Positions 13,358-28,693 of a stretch of DNA of 64,000 nucleotides are shown one piece after another. A model generated the notes under the pieces. That model was not told where the DNA came from. It made no database searches and was given only the letters and a program-made list of their open reading frames with translations. Both the position numbers and the translations under genes were made by a program. Position 1 is the first letter of the stretch, and every line of letters begins with the position of its first letter. The DNA is from the human T2T-CHM13v2.0 reference genome, Homo sapiens, in the NCBI RefSeq assembly GCF_009914755.1, contig NC_060942.1, one strand, 5' to 3'.

Positions 13358-16300
13358 ATTTGAAGGATGAAGTCCTCATTTACAGTTTTGGAAGAAATAG
13401 ATAATGTTATAAAGATTTGGCTAAGAAAATAAAGCTTTGTGCAATACTAATTCTATGTAATTATATTAAAAACGTGAATAGTTGTAAACACATAAGAGCT
13501 TGGAAAACCATATTATTATTCTTATTTTTTTAAGGGCGAGAAAATTGAAGTTTTCATGATGTAGTTGCCTGAGGTCTCAGGCTAGTAAGATTCAGCCCAG
13601 GGCCTGCTTCTTCTGATTGCAAGTTTACTGCTTTTTCTATGTGTTCTTTGCTGTCTCATAGCTTTGCCTGTCTTTGATCTCTATGTCTCTGTCATATTGG
13701 GGTGGACAGCTGACATTTTTTCAATCCTGGAGATGTCAGTTTTGAAGCTGAAAGAACTAAGGGCTTTGGATATCTTAAGAGTGATTGCAAGTTTTGAAAT
13801 GAGTTTGTGTTTTAGTCTTTATTGTTGTTTTAATAGATTTTTTCCTCTTTTTATGTGTTATAAGACTCTTAAATTTGGAGGATACAAGATAAACATCAGG
13901 AAAACTGTCTGCTTTAGATAAAAGATGCATTTTTTCGTTAGGTTGAAAGTGTCTATGCTGATATTTTTCCTATAAACATGTTTTCTTTTCTCAATATTGG
14001 GTTTTAAAATTAAATGACAAAGAGCCCCTTTGTAATATTTCAAAAATACTGCCTTTATCAGTAGGGGAATATTAATCATATCATTTTGCATCATAAACTG
14101 GCAAAGACTTTGATTGCTGAATCATTCTGGCCTCCTTAAATTTTTAATTCTAGGCAGAAAAAGGCTAATTGCTGAAAGATTTATTGATTGGCTCATAATT
14201 CTTGCTGAGTTGTAACATACCTAGGAGGAATCATCTAGCTCTATACTTGATGAAGTAAACATTATTTTTACGGCCTGTTGACATAGAACTATTTTTTTTT
14301 TTTTTTAGCTTGCCTTGAATAGCACTGTCAGGCTAGTTGACCTCCAAATTTCTTTCAAACCCTAGTGTAATTCTCTGGCACTTGAAGTCACGGGTACTAG
14401 AGAGGCTCGCTTTCTTCAGCCATTCAGTGATATATTACATGTGTAAAGTACCAAATGCAGCTTGACATTTAGTAAGTGCTCAAGAAATTCTCATCCCCTT
14501 GTTAGTGATTTATCAAGCTACCTTAATGTTTAGCTACATTTAGTGTCAGATTTCATCTTCGCTCATTGAGCAATCGCACCACACCAAATTTTTAGGCTTG
14601 TAGGGCACAGTCATCTGTAGTTAGATCTTTGTTGAATTATTTAAGAGGATAAACACATGCAAATCTAGATTAAAGACATTCAAACAAGTTTATACTCTTC
14701 TCAGGTACCCAGAAGCCCAGTGAAATTTGAATATTATCCCCCAACAGTAACAGATGTGACACCTACTTCCAGGAAGCCAGGCAAGAACTCATCCTGTTCT
14801 GAATATGAATGGTATACCCTTTTGGAAAGGCTATGATGGGCAACATGAAGTAGTAATCAATGACATAAAATATTAAATAATTCACGTGTTAAAATTTTCC
14901 AAACTCTTGCAAATCATAACCAATGACTAGACTGGTTTTTAGAATTTTGTGGAAGAATTTAGAAAAAAAAATAATTATTTTCAAATGATCAAGGAGTAAA
15001 GAAAACTAACAGCACGTTTCTTTTCTATGCTTACTATTGATAATTCAGAAAAACTCTGGATGCTTAGTCATTAATTTCCACTGGTCAATATCTTATAAAA
15101 CTTGTTTTATTTATACACTAGCTACATAAGTAGTTTATATTTTCCATAAAGGCCATCTCTCCATTTTAGAAAGTTTTCCTTTGAATTTCTCTACACCTAA
15201 TGTATTTGTAGGGTCATGGTTCAGATAATATTGTTGTCTGACAACAAGTTAGAAAAGGAAGATAAAGGGCTCAGTAGGAGAACCAGGTCAGAGAGGGGTC
15301 CTCGTTTGTCCTTAAGACATGTCAGTTCCTGGAGTTTGACTCTTCCTAGCTTTCTCCTAGTTGCTCCACACTTTTTGCCCTATCCACTGACCCTCATGTT
15401 TACAGTCAGTAACATAACACGATTGTAGAGTGCTAGAACCAAAAGTAACATCAGAACATGCTTTGGCTAAGTTTAAAAAGTTTTGTGTTTTCAGTTGTAA
15501 AATATGTGTGTCAATAATCAAATAATAATTCTCATCCCTACCACACACCTACTGCAGGAAAGCAAAAACTTTGAAGTAGCTTAGAGCACATTTTGCAAAT
15601 CCTATGTAATAACTTAGAAAGATTTTAGAATAATGCAAAAATTCAAATATAAGAAATCATCTAAGACAATGTGTATATGAAGTAAAATACATTTCTGCTT
15701 CATGGTCTTCTAGTATAGAAATTTGAATTGAAAAGTGTGAGCCAAGTATTGCTTTGAGGGCTCTATAAAATTGGAAAGAGCAAAGAAAATATAAGCATAT
15801 TAAGTTAAATATTCAATGTAGTTAAAAGCATAGCATTTGTTTTAAAAATATATGCCACTCTTTTCTTTTCCCTTTAATCTATCAATGATGATTTTACTCT
15901 GGATTCCAAAATGGCACTGGAAAAGTTCCACAGAGGGAGGGGCAAAGTTGATATATTTCCATTCCCGACAGGGTGTGGAGGGAAGCTTACCTGACCAGCT
16001 GTTAGCAGCAACTCTGAGGGCAAGAAGGTAAATGCTCGAATTGCCTGATATAATTTTTAACAATGAACACTGAATTGGAAAACCATTTTAAAGGATAGAA
16101 ACCCAGAGGAGATGTGATTGAAATAGAAGGATATACTTGTTTTTATTAAGTCAAATACTTAAAAAAAGTGAGTTAGTTTTATGATGTTTTGGATTTTCTG
16201 CAGATGTGGCAGTCATCACTGGGAGATATTAACAATGCTTGTCACCTCGCTCAGCCCCAACCACCTGGTCAGATGCCTGATGTATATGATTGATTTTTTT

Positions 16301-17299
16301 AAAATGTAGATGTTTGAATAACTTTTTAAACTTTCACATACTTGACATATTGTATTTTATCTTTTAATGAATTATTTCTGAAACATAAGATGGTATAATA
16401 TTTAGAATATCTATATTTTAAACAATGTGAGTTAGATTTTTTTTTTTTGCACCATAAGTTGGAAAACACTTTCGATGGTATTGTTCACAAGTATTTCTTT
16501 GTTTTTAGATATAGGTTATTATTTAGTTTGCTGTAACCTGGTTTGAATATTTGTTCCAGCAGAATAGCATCTATTTGTGTAAAGTTTGAATTTCATTCTT
16601 GAGTTGTTAGTAGCTTTGTGGGAATTATAGAAATTATAAGACATGAAATATTTTTGGAGTATAAATATTTTTCTTCCTACTATATATAGGAAAAAACAGT
16701 TTTACTCAGAATATTTTGGGTTGTTAGAATGTCTATCTTGTCTAAACCTTTACATTTTTACTATAAGGGAAAATTGTAATAAATGAACTTTTTCTTATAC
16801 AGTAAATGAATTTTTTTTATATTGCAGTAAGTGAACTTTTTCTTATATAGTAAAAAATTAATAAAAAGCTGATTCTCTTATGCAGAATCTCTGTTAATTA
16901 CAGCTTCCTGCAGGATATATAAAGTTAATATGAAATGCTAAATAATCTTCTAACATTTCAAACATTAGGATTATCTACAATGAAAAATGGGCAGATGACA
17001 GCAAATCAATCCATAAATATTATGAAGGGTTCTCATGTGCTACCATTGTGTTCTTCACGGATGGGTACAAGGATGAATTAAAAACACTGAACCTACCTTC
17101 AAGACAATTATGATTTGGAAGTAAAGACATCAGTATAAAAAATAATTACCTTACAGTGTGATAGAGGAGTTAAGGGAAACAAATGCTGTATGGTTATTGT
17201 ATACAGTGGTGACTAATTAACTCTTTAGAGGGAGAGGTTGGAGGAAAGTGGAAGAAGGTTTTACGTGTGTAACAAAGCCAGAAGGAAAGAAAACAAGCA

Positions 17300-18370
17300 A
17301 AATAGATCATTTGTTGATACCTCAAACACCATAAAAATGGAAAAAAATACCTTTAAAAAATTAAAAATGTTACACATTTCAGATAATCAGTATTTAAAAA
17401 TGTATCTTCAAAGCTAACAATGTAAGTTAAAATCTTACAGGAAAGATTTTCTTTCTTGTAAAAAATTGAAAGTAGATGAGGTTTTAAAATTAAGTTGAAA
17501 ATACATTACCCTCAAGGTTTTGAAGTGATAGAAGAGAGTGCCAGAAAATATTGACAATTTTCAGTAAATAAGAGTAAAAACAATTCTATAATAACAATAA
17601 AGAAAATAAAGGAAGGTAAAACAGGGGAAATTTTTTTAAAGAACAAGTTTGAAAAACATAAAATGTTTATATAATATGAAGAGTTCATAATGATCCATAA
17701 ATAAATGATCAAGACCTCAATAGATAATTGAAAGATGAACAAGAGACAGTTAATATGTGAGAATTTATAAAGAGAAAAGAACACATGGAGAAACATTCAA
17801 ATGTTAGCAAGTATCAATGCCATGTAAATTTAAAAATAATACAATTTTCTTTTTATTTTTTAAGTTATTAAGAATGGCAATAATATCTGAAAAAGGTGAT
17901 TATGATATAGCAGTTTCATCTGTAACTTTTGGCTGACAGTATGAAAGTTAAAAATCTTTATAATATTTGACCTAGAAATCCCATGTTGAAGAAGATACTC
18001 TGAAGAAATAATATGAAGGGAGATAAAAGCTATATTTATGACAATGTTTATCGTAGAATTATTCATATTAATAAAAACTGGGAAGCTAATTTAAGTATCT
18101 AGCAATATGATGTTAGTTTAAACATTTAGATAAGTCAGTATAATGAGATATTATAAGGCCATTAAAAGAACATCTATGAAGACAGTATTAGGATAAACAC
18201 TTAAGATGCAATTTGAAGTGAAAACAAGTGAACATAAAATGTTCATATAAACAGGCACGTACACACACATCAATGCAGTGATTGAGAGATTGGAAAGCAC
18301 ACGGAAAAATAAAGGCGATTTATTTTTCAGTATTGTGAGGGCAAAATTCCTCATTACTATTATTCTGCCA
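17300..18370 (+). mobile_element. Highly diverged L1M(E) ORF2/3' fragment
   Basis: A-rich sequence with L1 motif remnants (tttgacctagaaatccca, aaaactgggaag); by eye. Confidence 0.45.
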
Positions 18371-19750
18371 TCTGTATAACAAATTAGACCTTGAGAATAA
18401 AATTCCTTCTTCTACTTCATTAGAAGTTAAATCGTGAATCCCTTACTTGGAAAATATTATAGGCAAAAATATGATAGTATTTGTATTGATATAAAATGAA
18501 TTTTTTTCTTTTTCTTCTGACTAAGAACTGCTTATCTTCTCTTTCCTATATAGCTATGGTCAGTAGGAGGTGACATTGTGGATAGTACATGGGAGCTATC
18601 ATGTAAGTCACTCCCAATTAGGCTACGATTGTTTGCAATCTTGAAATCTCAATCTATATTTAGGATACATTTGCACAGATTTCAATGCAATTTGAGAAGG
18701 ATTTTTTGAGTAATTTTTCAGTCTAGAGAAGCAACCCCCACAAAGATTGTAGGAATCTTTGGAGGACAAACTGGAGCTTGAGATGTGCCTTCCAGAGAGG
18801 GAGTTCACGGCCGTCCTGAGATGGACTCTCAGTGCTAGGAGGTCCTTTCTACAACCAGTGGTCTTGGTAAGAGACACAAACAAGACATGGACCTGCTGGT
18901 GACATCTGCATCCCACAGAGCCACATGGTGGTCACTCAGGACATGGCTTTTGTGAGCACAAGTGTTATCTGCTCCAGAGGGTGGCCTGGTATAGGAGGAA
19001 AGAGGTAGCTTTGAAATCACACTGAAAGAACTGATTTGCACACCACTTGTGCCACGTAGTGGTTGGAAGTACAATGAAAATTATTTCTAACTTACAGGAT
19101 TTTTTGAAAAATAGAGACAATATTTGTGAAATGCCAGACATATCACAAGCTCAAACTGAACAGTAGCTATTAGTAGTATAACATCATTGTGGATAGAGTT
19201 AGCACCAATTACTTAAGCTGAATGAATTTTGGGAGACCTTACTATTTTAAAAGATTATTTCAAGTCTGTTTGAAAATAATGATGACTGAAGTAAATTGCA
19301 TACAAGTTTTTCAAGTTGTAGCTCACTAAGAGGCAGCCTGTGTGAGCAATTGCCTTTAGACTCAATCAAACAATAACTTCTTTGTGTGGTGGATATTTTC
19401 CAGAGTAAACACCAAATACGGCCTGTGAATGCTTGGGGAGCATTCCCTAAATGCATCTGGGGCCAAAATTTCATTTTGAAAAATTTCTCTTCAATTTTCC
19501 ATATACAGTACTCTTAGCTATTGTGTTAGGCACTAACTTGCAATGTCTTAAAATTAAATGCCATGTTTAGTAATACATCTACAATACATTTTAAAATTAA
19601 ACTTTATACATATATACCTGCATGAACACCCACACACACATTAATACATAAGTGCATAAGAAATAAGTGTAAGCTTAATGTGTAACCAACACTCCAACCA
19701 AAAAAGGAACCAGTACCAGCTTCCTAGAAGGCTCCTTCATGCCTAGTTTA

Positions 19751-19945
19751 CATGGTGTCCTGAGGCCGGCTCATACCAGCTCACAAGAGCTGATTTTGTG
19801 CATTTTTCCCAACTCTGGGTACAATGGTGTCTTGCTGGCAGTTTGAAATTAACCTTAATGGGGGTATTTACACCATAGAAATCAGCAAACATTGTGAATC
19901 ATGGATTTTTGTTGACTTTTGTGTTTTGGGAGACAGTCTGCTACT
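19751..19945. mobile_element. MER63-like hAT DNA transposon within an antisense L1M fragment
   Basis: gccggctcataccagctcacaagagc...gggggtatttacaccatagaaatcagcaaac. Confidence 0.6.
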
Positions 19946-20081
19946 GTCCCTACCTGTGGCTAACCACAGTTCTCCCCACTCATTCCTAAGGATAGCCACT
20001 CTGTTGACCTCTAAAACTGCAGATTAGTTTTGCCAGTTTTGGAACTTTATGTAAGTGGAATCATACAGTATGAAAGTTTTC

Positions 20082-20671
<590 letters not shown>

Positions 20672-20970
20672 TGATGTGAGATCCATGCTATGTGTTTATT
20701 CTGCTGATGATGGACATTTGCGTTGTTCCTGAGTTTTGGCTATTATGAAAGTGTTGCTATGAACATATTTGTACATATTTTAAAAAAATTCTTAAGGTGA
20801 TTTTGCTACATACCTTTGAGAAATCTCTCTTACAATTACATTTTGGTATTGTAATATTTAGATCTCTGCCTTTCTATTTCTTGCTAAAGTGGTCCTATTT
20901 TGAATCCAATTGATTTGGAATTTGTGATTTAGTCATTACTGTTTTCAAATTAGTGTCCATGTAAAAGGCA

Positions 20971-21420
20971 TTATTGAAATGCCAGGGATTTGGTCTATGT
21001 CCTATTGCTCACCGCACAGAGAGGCAATCACTGAGACAAGTGTTGCCAGGGAAGAAGGCTTTAATCAGATGACGTCAGCCAAAGGGATGGGGATAAATCT
21101 CAAATCATTCTCCCTCAACTTACTAAAATGGGAGGTTTATATAGTGGGGAAGAAATGTAGCTACATATGGGAAAATAAGGATTAGGGAGGGGAAAGAAAA
21201 TAATCAAGACGAGTGTGGGTTCTGCTATCTCTTTGTGTGCATGCCATGATGTGAATTTCAGTTGCTTGATACTCTCTGGGAGGCCTGCGAATGGGTTTCC
21301 TGAAGAAGTAATTCAGATACGACAAATGTAAGTTTCAAGCTTTAAGACCAGGAGGGTCAATTTCTATGTTTATTCAAAAAGACCATAAACTCATTTCTAT
21401 GGAAAATTAGGCTGGTTTCA
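20971..21420 (-). mobile_element. ERV1-class solo LTR (LTR26/MER4-group-like)
   Basis: Reverse complement starts TGAAACC...cataga...ataaacatagaaattgaccc...tcttaaagcttgaaacttac; ~450 bp; family by recall. Confidence 0.65.
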
Positions 21421-23859
21421 AAGGGATTTTTGATGAGAACAAGACAATTAATCTTAAATTTCTTTCTCTTTTCTTTTTAATTGCAACAACATAACATAAC
21501 ATGATTTTTACTAACAGTCTAAGCTTATTTTTAATAAATAAAAGCAATGTTAAAAAGCTTTAAAGTATTTTTAAAGTGTTATATTTTAAAATTGCCTATT
21601 TGAATCTGTGTTATTAGCATAATCAAATCTTAATGAGTGCTTCCTACAAAATACTCTTTTCCCTTTTCTATTTCATTTTGTAAATTAATATCTTACTCTT
21701 CTATGCGTCTTAAACTCTACTCCTGAATCTGCGAATGCATTATCTGCTCTGTTAGGTCATAGATTTCTCAAAGGCAGAGATTGTGTCTTGTTCAGTTCAT
21801 CTTTTATATATAGTGACTAACCCAGTGGGAGAACTTCATAATTAGGTTGGTGTCAGATTTAGGCAGTTTCTAATTTAAAAAAACTGACTCACCCCCACCC
21901 CCCAAAATAACCAAGCAACCCTTCAGAAGGTGGTTAGCAGATGACATTTTAATCTAGTCATTAAATGTTCATTATTTGCTATGTTTTAGACTTGTATGTA
22001 AAGCCAGGAAAGATCTTCCTATTGTAAGGGCTTACATATAGTCATAAAACTTTAACAGCAACTGTCCAGCTGTTTTTTTTTCGTTGTTTTCTGTTACTAT
22101 TGTTCTCTCAACTCCCTTGGGAGGTGAGGCAGCATTAAAGCTGCACACAACTGTAATGAAAGCTTAGAACCAGGTAACACTCAGAAAAGGGAATTGTTAC
22201 TGGGGTGAGAGCATCACAGTACTCCTGGAAAGTAGTTCACAAAGTTTATAGAAGCTTGATGCAGAAACAGGCAGAGAGAGTTTTGGAGTGTTCTGTAGCC
22301 CACAGAGTGAGTAAGTGTAGTGCCAGAATTAGAATGGAATGGAATGTGAAAAACTGTGTGATCTAGGAGGAAGCAGCCCTAGGCATGAGGAAGTCTTAGC
22401 CTTGCTTTGCTTCTGGACAGCTGCATGATTGTTGCAAGTCACTTCGCCTCATTTGGCCTCAGTTTTTTTTATCTTGAGAAGTAGGGAGTTGGCCTGCATG
22501 AGTAGTCATGTCCTTTCTAAAGCAGGCAAGACTCTGATCATTCAGTTCTGGGAGTGCTCATGCTAGAAGGCAGAAGGGGTGAAGCCAAGTGATTAACTGG
22601 AACATTTGAAGAGCCAGGTTGGGATCATTCAGTCTTTCTAACCAACCCCTTCTTTTCCTTCAATATAGTCAGGCTCTTGTCTTCTTTTAATAGTGATGGC
22701 CAAATTGCCAGGATTCCCTTTACCTTCTCCTCCTTCGAGCTGAAGATTTTGATCAAACATTAACCTAAGTTATACAACAAAGGTTTTAAAAAATATTAGA
22801 CTACATTTCACACAAAATTTTATCATTAATCGAAAGCCTGTGAAATCCCCCCAACTCAGACCATCTTTAATTTGTTGGTTTTCTTTTCTTTGTTAGTAGA
22901 CTTGTTACTAGATGGGTAATGTGAGCTATGTGTAGAGAAAATCTGTTGGACATCAAGATGTTTACCAACATATGCAAAGGTAGCTTTCTGAGTTGTGAGG
23001 CATTATTGAATTTCCAGATACATCCAGGACATCCATTACTCAAAAAACACCCACCAATTAAGGCATAATGCTCCTGAAAACACTCTGGTGATCTATGATT
23101 ACCCTGAAATTAGTTTGAAAATACAAAGTACGTCTCAAACCCAGTTCCCAGATGCAAGATAAGAACTGTGAGTTAGGTACAAACTTGGCAGAAAGAAAAT
23201 GTAGCAATAAAATGGACTATAAGCTGAATAAGGGGGGAGAGTACCCACATACAGCAGGCATGTGTTTGATCACCTATCATCAGTTGAGGGGCAACTTAGA
23301 AACGATAGATACAGTAGAAAGATTACTTAGTTTGGGGCCAAATATATGTGCTATTTGATTATGCAGTTTTCTTTTCTGAAAAAGAAGGAATGATCATATC
23401 TACCTTGCAGAGTTGTAGGATTAAAGCTAACACATGTAAGATATTTGGCACATGTTAGACACATTTTTTAAAAAGTTACATAATGTTTTCTTTTTGAATT
23501 AGGTTTTATAGGCTAAGAAAATCTATATTAACTGGGAAAGTGTTAAAACAAATTACACCATTCCATTCAATGCAGCAATATTTCTTCATGCTTATGGTGT
23601 GCTGTATCTGATGATAAAAGCACAAATAAGAGGATTTACATTTCTATCTTGGAAATACACAATATCTATAGGCAAAGAGACAAAAGAAAAGGCATTTCAT
23701 TTGAAAGGCATAGGTCAGTGGTGAGATCTACATATTCTCTTGATACTCTGGAATAGATTGGGTGGGGAAGGCAAGATACCTGTTCTTAGGAAGTCACTAT
23801 CTTACTCTGGTTCTATATTATCTGTAGTTCTACACTGTCAAAGAGGACATTGAACCTGG

Positions 23860-24237
23860 TGATATGGTTTGGCTCTGTGTCCCTACTCAAATCTCATCAC
23901 ACATTGTGATCCCCATAATCTCCACGTGTTGAGGGAGAGACCTGGTGGGAGGTGATTGGATCATGGAGGAAGTTTCCCCCATGCTGTTCTTGTGATAGTG
24001 AGTGAATTCTCATGAGATCTGATGGTTTTATAAGTGTTTGGCAGTTCCTCCTTTTCTCTCTCTCTCTCCTGCCGCCTAATGAAGAAGGTACTTGTTTCTC
24101 CTTCTCCTTCCGCCATGATTGTAAGTTTCCTGAGGCTTCCCCAGCCATGCGGAACTGTGAGTCAATTAAAACTCTTTCCTTTATAAATGACACAGTCTCT
24201 GGTATTCTTTGTAGCAGTGTGAAAATGGACTAGTACA
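23860..24237 (+). mobile_element. MaLR solo LTR (THE1/MSTA-type)
   Basis: tgatatggtttggctctgtgtcc...gaactgtgagtcaattaaa...ggactagtaca; 5-bp TSD CCTGG on both sides. Confidence 0.92.
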
Positions 24238-24574
24238 CCTGGTGACATCAAGACCCCCAGCATCATTCAAGATTTATTGTCTCTTGAACAATATGAATGA
24301 CTGACTAAAGTGCCTCAAATTCTGTAGTTTGCATGTGGGATGAGTCAAAAGGGGGTGAGAATGTTAACAAGGCACATGACCCATGGGAATTTGCTGGGCA
24401 TATCCTCAGTCACAGAGCAATGAGGGGAGAGTACAGGCAAAAGGTGTAAGCAGAACCAGCCACAATCTGTGGAGAAGAATGAGATGGGATGATGTTTGCT
24501 TGGCTGCTAACTTGATAATAAGAATGTTAGCCTTTGGCTTCATTTTACGTGAATACAGGGAGTTCCACCACAAA

Positions 24575-25031
24575 GTGGGTAGGATTATGTCCCCTAAAAA
24601 TATAGTTTAAGTCCTAATCCTTCTACCTGTGAATATGACCTTGTTTGGAAATAGGGTCTTTGCAGATGTGGTCAAATTAAGATGAGGTTGTACTGGCTTA
24701 GGATGGGCTCTAATTCAGTGACTGCTGTCTTTAAAAGAAGAGGGAAATTTGGATACATACATGGACAATAAAGAGAAGGATGTGAAGATGGAGGCAGAGA
24801 CTTGAGTGATTTGTCTACAAGTCAAGGAATGTCAAAGTTTGCTGGCAACCACCACAAGCTGAGAGAGAGGCATGAAACAGATTTTCCTTGAGAGTCTTGA
24901 AATGAACCAAATCTGCTGATATCTTGATTTTGGATGTTTGTCCCCCAGAACCATGGGAGAATAAACTCCTGCTATTTAAACCACTCATTCTGTGGTAATT
25001 TCTTATGGCAGCCCCAGGAAACGAATTCACA
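24575..25031 (+). mobile_element. MLT1-type MaLR solo LTR
   Basis: gaatatgaccttgtttggaaatagggtctttgcagatg...tatggcagccccaggaaac. Confidence 0.85.
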
Positions 25032-25253
25032 CTACTAAATGAAAATAGATCTCTGTCTATCAATATCAACACCAATATTTATATACAGGGATGATAATGA
25101 CCTTAGTTTTCCAGTTCTTAATAGCATACTGAATAATTGTGCATGATTGTATTTCAGGTATGTAAAATAAAATTGTTTGTTCACTTATTTTCTTCCAATC
25201 ACCATTTTCTCTTTCTCCTTTTTTTTTGGTTTTAGATCGTTATAAGTTTTACA

Positions 25254-25421
25254 ATGGACTCTCTTGTTACAGCAAACACCAAATTTTGCTTTGATCTTTT
25301 TCAAGAGATAGGCAAAGATGATCGTCATAAAAACATATTTTTCTCTCCCCTGAGCCTCTCAGCTGCCCTTGGTATGGTACGCTTGGGTGCTAGAAGTGAC
25401 AGTGCACATCAGATTGATGAG
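25254..25421 (+). CDS. SERPINB12: SERPINB12 coding exon 1 (MDSLVTANTKF...AHQIDE, 56 codons)
   Basis: Acceptor tttag at 25235, ATG at 25254, serpin NIFFSPLS motif, donor GAG|GTACGT. Confidence 0.97.
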
Positions 25422-25849
25422 GTACGTGTCCACTAGGGTGCTACACAGGGTCCTAAACTCTGGGTCCACACTCAAAGTCAGACCCTAATCCCACTTAGGC
25501 AAGCCAAGGGGCTTATTGCACCCTGGGCTTGGTCAGAACCCATCCCTGTCTCTGAGTCTTTATTTGTATTTTCTCCATCTTACTTCCTCTTCGATCCTAC
25601 CATTCTTAAAGTCTCACTTAAACTTGTACCTTCTTTAGGGTGCTCCTCAACTTCATGTCTGGCAGCTTTTCTCATTCATCTCTATCTTTATCTCTGTATG
25701 CATGTCTGTCACTCTTTTACTCTATGATTGCTAATACCAATATTGCTAGCGATTTTTAGTATGTGTATATGTCTTCTGTCTCACTCATTTCATTAAATAA
25801 ATATTCATTAAGTACCATATATGGTTCCAGTGGCTAGAGAGCTTGGTGT

Positions 25850-26430
25850 CCTCCTGGACTCTTTCTCTCTCACTTTATACCACATTTGTTAGAAAATTCT
25901 GTTGGCTTTTCTTTTGAAAGATATCCATAATCCAGGCACTTCTCCCAGTCTCCTTGAGGTCTGAACCACAACCATCTTTTCTCACCTGGATACTGCAGCA
26001 ACTTCCTGATGGGCTTTCCTGCTCTCACTGGCAATCTATCCTTTGCACAGCAGTCCAAGAGACCCTTTTAAAACCTGAGCCAGATTCTATTTCTCATCTG
26101 TTCAAAAACCTGGATTTCTTATTTCACTCATGATAGCAGTTCAAGTCCTTACAATGGCCCACAAGGATCTGGAGATCTGAATCCCAGATAAGCCCTGTGA
26201 CTCCATCTCTCACTTTCATCCCTCCTCACTGTACCTGTCACATTGGCCTCCTGGCTTCCTTGGGTAAGTCATGCCCATCCTATCTTGGGGCCTTTGCTCT
26301 CGGTCCCTTTGCCTGATGGCTCTTTCCCCTGGTAACTGACCTCAGCTCACTTTCTTCTTCAAGACTTTGATCAGTGTTTATCTCCTATACGGGGCCTACT
26401 TTGACCTCCTAATCTAGTGCTGCATCCTGA
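25850..26430 (+). mobile_element. L2 fragment
   Basis: tctcacctggatactgcagca...gtccttacaatggcccacaagg...ggcctttgc motifs. Confidence 0.7.
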
Positions 26431-26909
26431 CCTCCAGACCATAAGGGATACTTTTGTAGGCACCTAATAAACATTTCTAGAATAAATAAATGAAGGTAAT
26501 AAGAACAAATCCCCAAATAAACTACAAGTTCCCATGGTTGGCCTTATACTTCCTTGGATGTAGCACATAGTGCGGGGGTTATGCACAACTCAGGCTGTTT
26601 CCCCTGAATATGGAGCAGTAGAATTTATGGATTAAGACAGAATGTGTTTCTGGGGTCATTCTGCTTTATTCATCTACTAAGATTTGGTGTATTATTTTCT
26701 TATTCCATTAGCAAAACTTAGCTTTAGAGTGTGGTTTGCATCTTGCAGGGCAGAATTCAGATGTTCTTTCTTAGGCAGTTGAGGGCACCTGCTGACCAAA
26801 TGGGTCTGAGTAGTGCAGGATATGACGCCTGTCTCCTACCTTTCTACCAGGCTCTGGATAACTTGTCTTTTGCTGTCCTCACTCCCTTGATTCATGTGAA
26901 ACTCTAGAT

Positions 26910-27185
26910 CAGCACTGTCTGACACAAACATAATGAGAACCACATAGTAATTTAAAATTTTTTAGTAACTGTATTGCAAAAGTAAAAAGAAACAGGTGGG
27001 ACTAATTTTAATAATAGTTTTTTAACCTAGTATATGCAAAATATCATATCCACATATCATCAATATAAGAATTTTAATGAGCTATTTTATTTATTTATTT
27101 TTTTATACTATATTCAAGATCTGGTGTGTATTTTGCACTTACAGTCAATTCAGATTGGGTATCTATGAAATGCTCCATAGTTACA
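26910..27185. mobile_element. MER3/MER33-like hAT DNA transposon
   Basis: gtaatttaaaattttttagt...aaaagtaaaaagaaacaggtg...ggtgtgtattttgcacttacag. Confidence 0.6.
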
Positions 27186-27445
27186 TTTAGCTTGTGGATA
27201 CCTCTATGTTCTTTTAGTTTGGTTATATTTATTCATAAATGCTCTCCCAGGGTAGCAGTTGGTTCTTCTCCTCGATTCCACCTCCCAACCCAAGTACAGA
27301 AGCACCCACTTTCCTTTAAACTGTTGTTGATTGTTTTGTTTGACTATGTAATCATTGCCATTGTCTCATTATGAAATGTTTCTGAAGTTATTCAGGCTTC
27401 CCTCTGTTCATATTATCTGAAAGACCCCATCCCGTTATCATGCAG

Positions 27446-27580
27446 GTACTACACTTCAACGAATTTTCCCAGAATGAAAGCAAAGAACCTGACCCTTGTC
27501 TGAAAAGCAACAAACAAAAAGTGCTGGCTGACAGCTCTCTGGAGGGGCAGAAAAAAACGACAGAGCCTCTGGATCAGCAG
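27446..27580 (+). CDS. SERPINB12: SERPINB12 coding exon 2 (CD-loop exon); alternative donor after 27520
   Basis: Acceptor tgcag at 27445; VLHFNEFSQNESKEPDPCLKSNKQK|VLADSSLEGQKKTTEPLDQQ; donors AAA|GTGCTG (75 nt) and CAG|GTGAAC (135 nt), both phase 0. Confidence 0.93.
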
Positions 27581-28071
27581 GTGAACCGCCACCGTAGAAA
27601 ACTCTTGCCTTTCTTTTTTACAAACTGCTTATTCTGGCTGTAGGATATTTGGTGATAGTTGTTTATCCCCAAATATTAGACTCTGGATACCATCAACAGC
27701 AATAACCTCATGTGATCTGTGATTCCTGAGTATGGATCTCAGATGTCCTTGGCTATCAGCTAGTTTCCTAAAGAGTAGGATCTGGTGTCTTCTGCTTATG
27801 ATAAAGAAGCCTAGATCATCACTCTGTCCCTCATCTGCTTCTATAGGCCACAGGGCCCCAACACAGAGTATGGTCAAAGATAAAGGTGGTAAGGGGTAGG
27901 GTCAGCTGTGGAATTCTTACTGTCTCCCTCTATCTCTGCTTGTTCCATTTCGTGCTGAAATCTGCACTGACAGACAAAACTTTTATTGGTTGCCTCATGC
28001 CAGGAGGAGGAAAGATATTCTCCAGGGTATGCATCCCCCTACTTTAGAAAGTTTAAGAGGAGGGTGGATAG

Positions 28072-28421
<350 letters not shown>

Positions 28422-28693
28422 TGAAATATAGTGAGCGTTGCTGAGTTCCCCAGATGTATTTTTCCTGGATAATCTTGATATAGATGTGGGAGCCATAATC
28501 TTCCACTGGGACCACTTCTCACCCTCCATTCCTCTGTTCTTCCCAGCTCACTTCCCCCAGCATGGTAACAGAGACAACTGACATCTTACTAAGAAGCTCT
28601 ATCTTGCTTCTGTACAAAACACACATCTTTTAGCGGTGTTTAGCTCTTCTGATAGACACAGTGAAGGTCACATTTTGTTTCTTCTTTCCTTAG

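Noticed and set aside
16780-16855. Three short tgaa(c/t)ttttt-type tandem copies
   Set aside because: Ordinary AT-rich slippage repeat.
21070-21077. Perfect CRE TGACGTCA inside the solo LTR
   Set aside because: A single 8-mer is expected about once by chance in a window this size; no other support.
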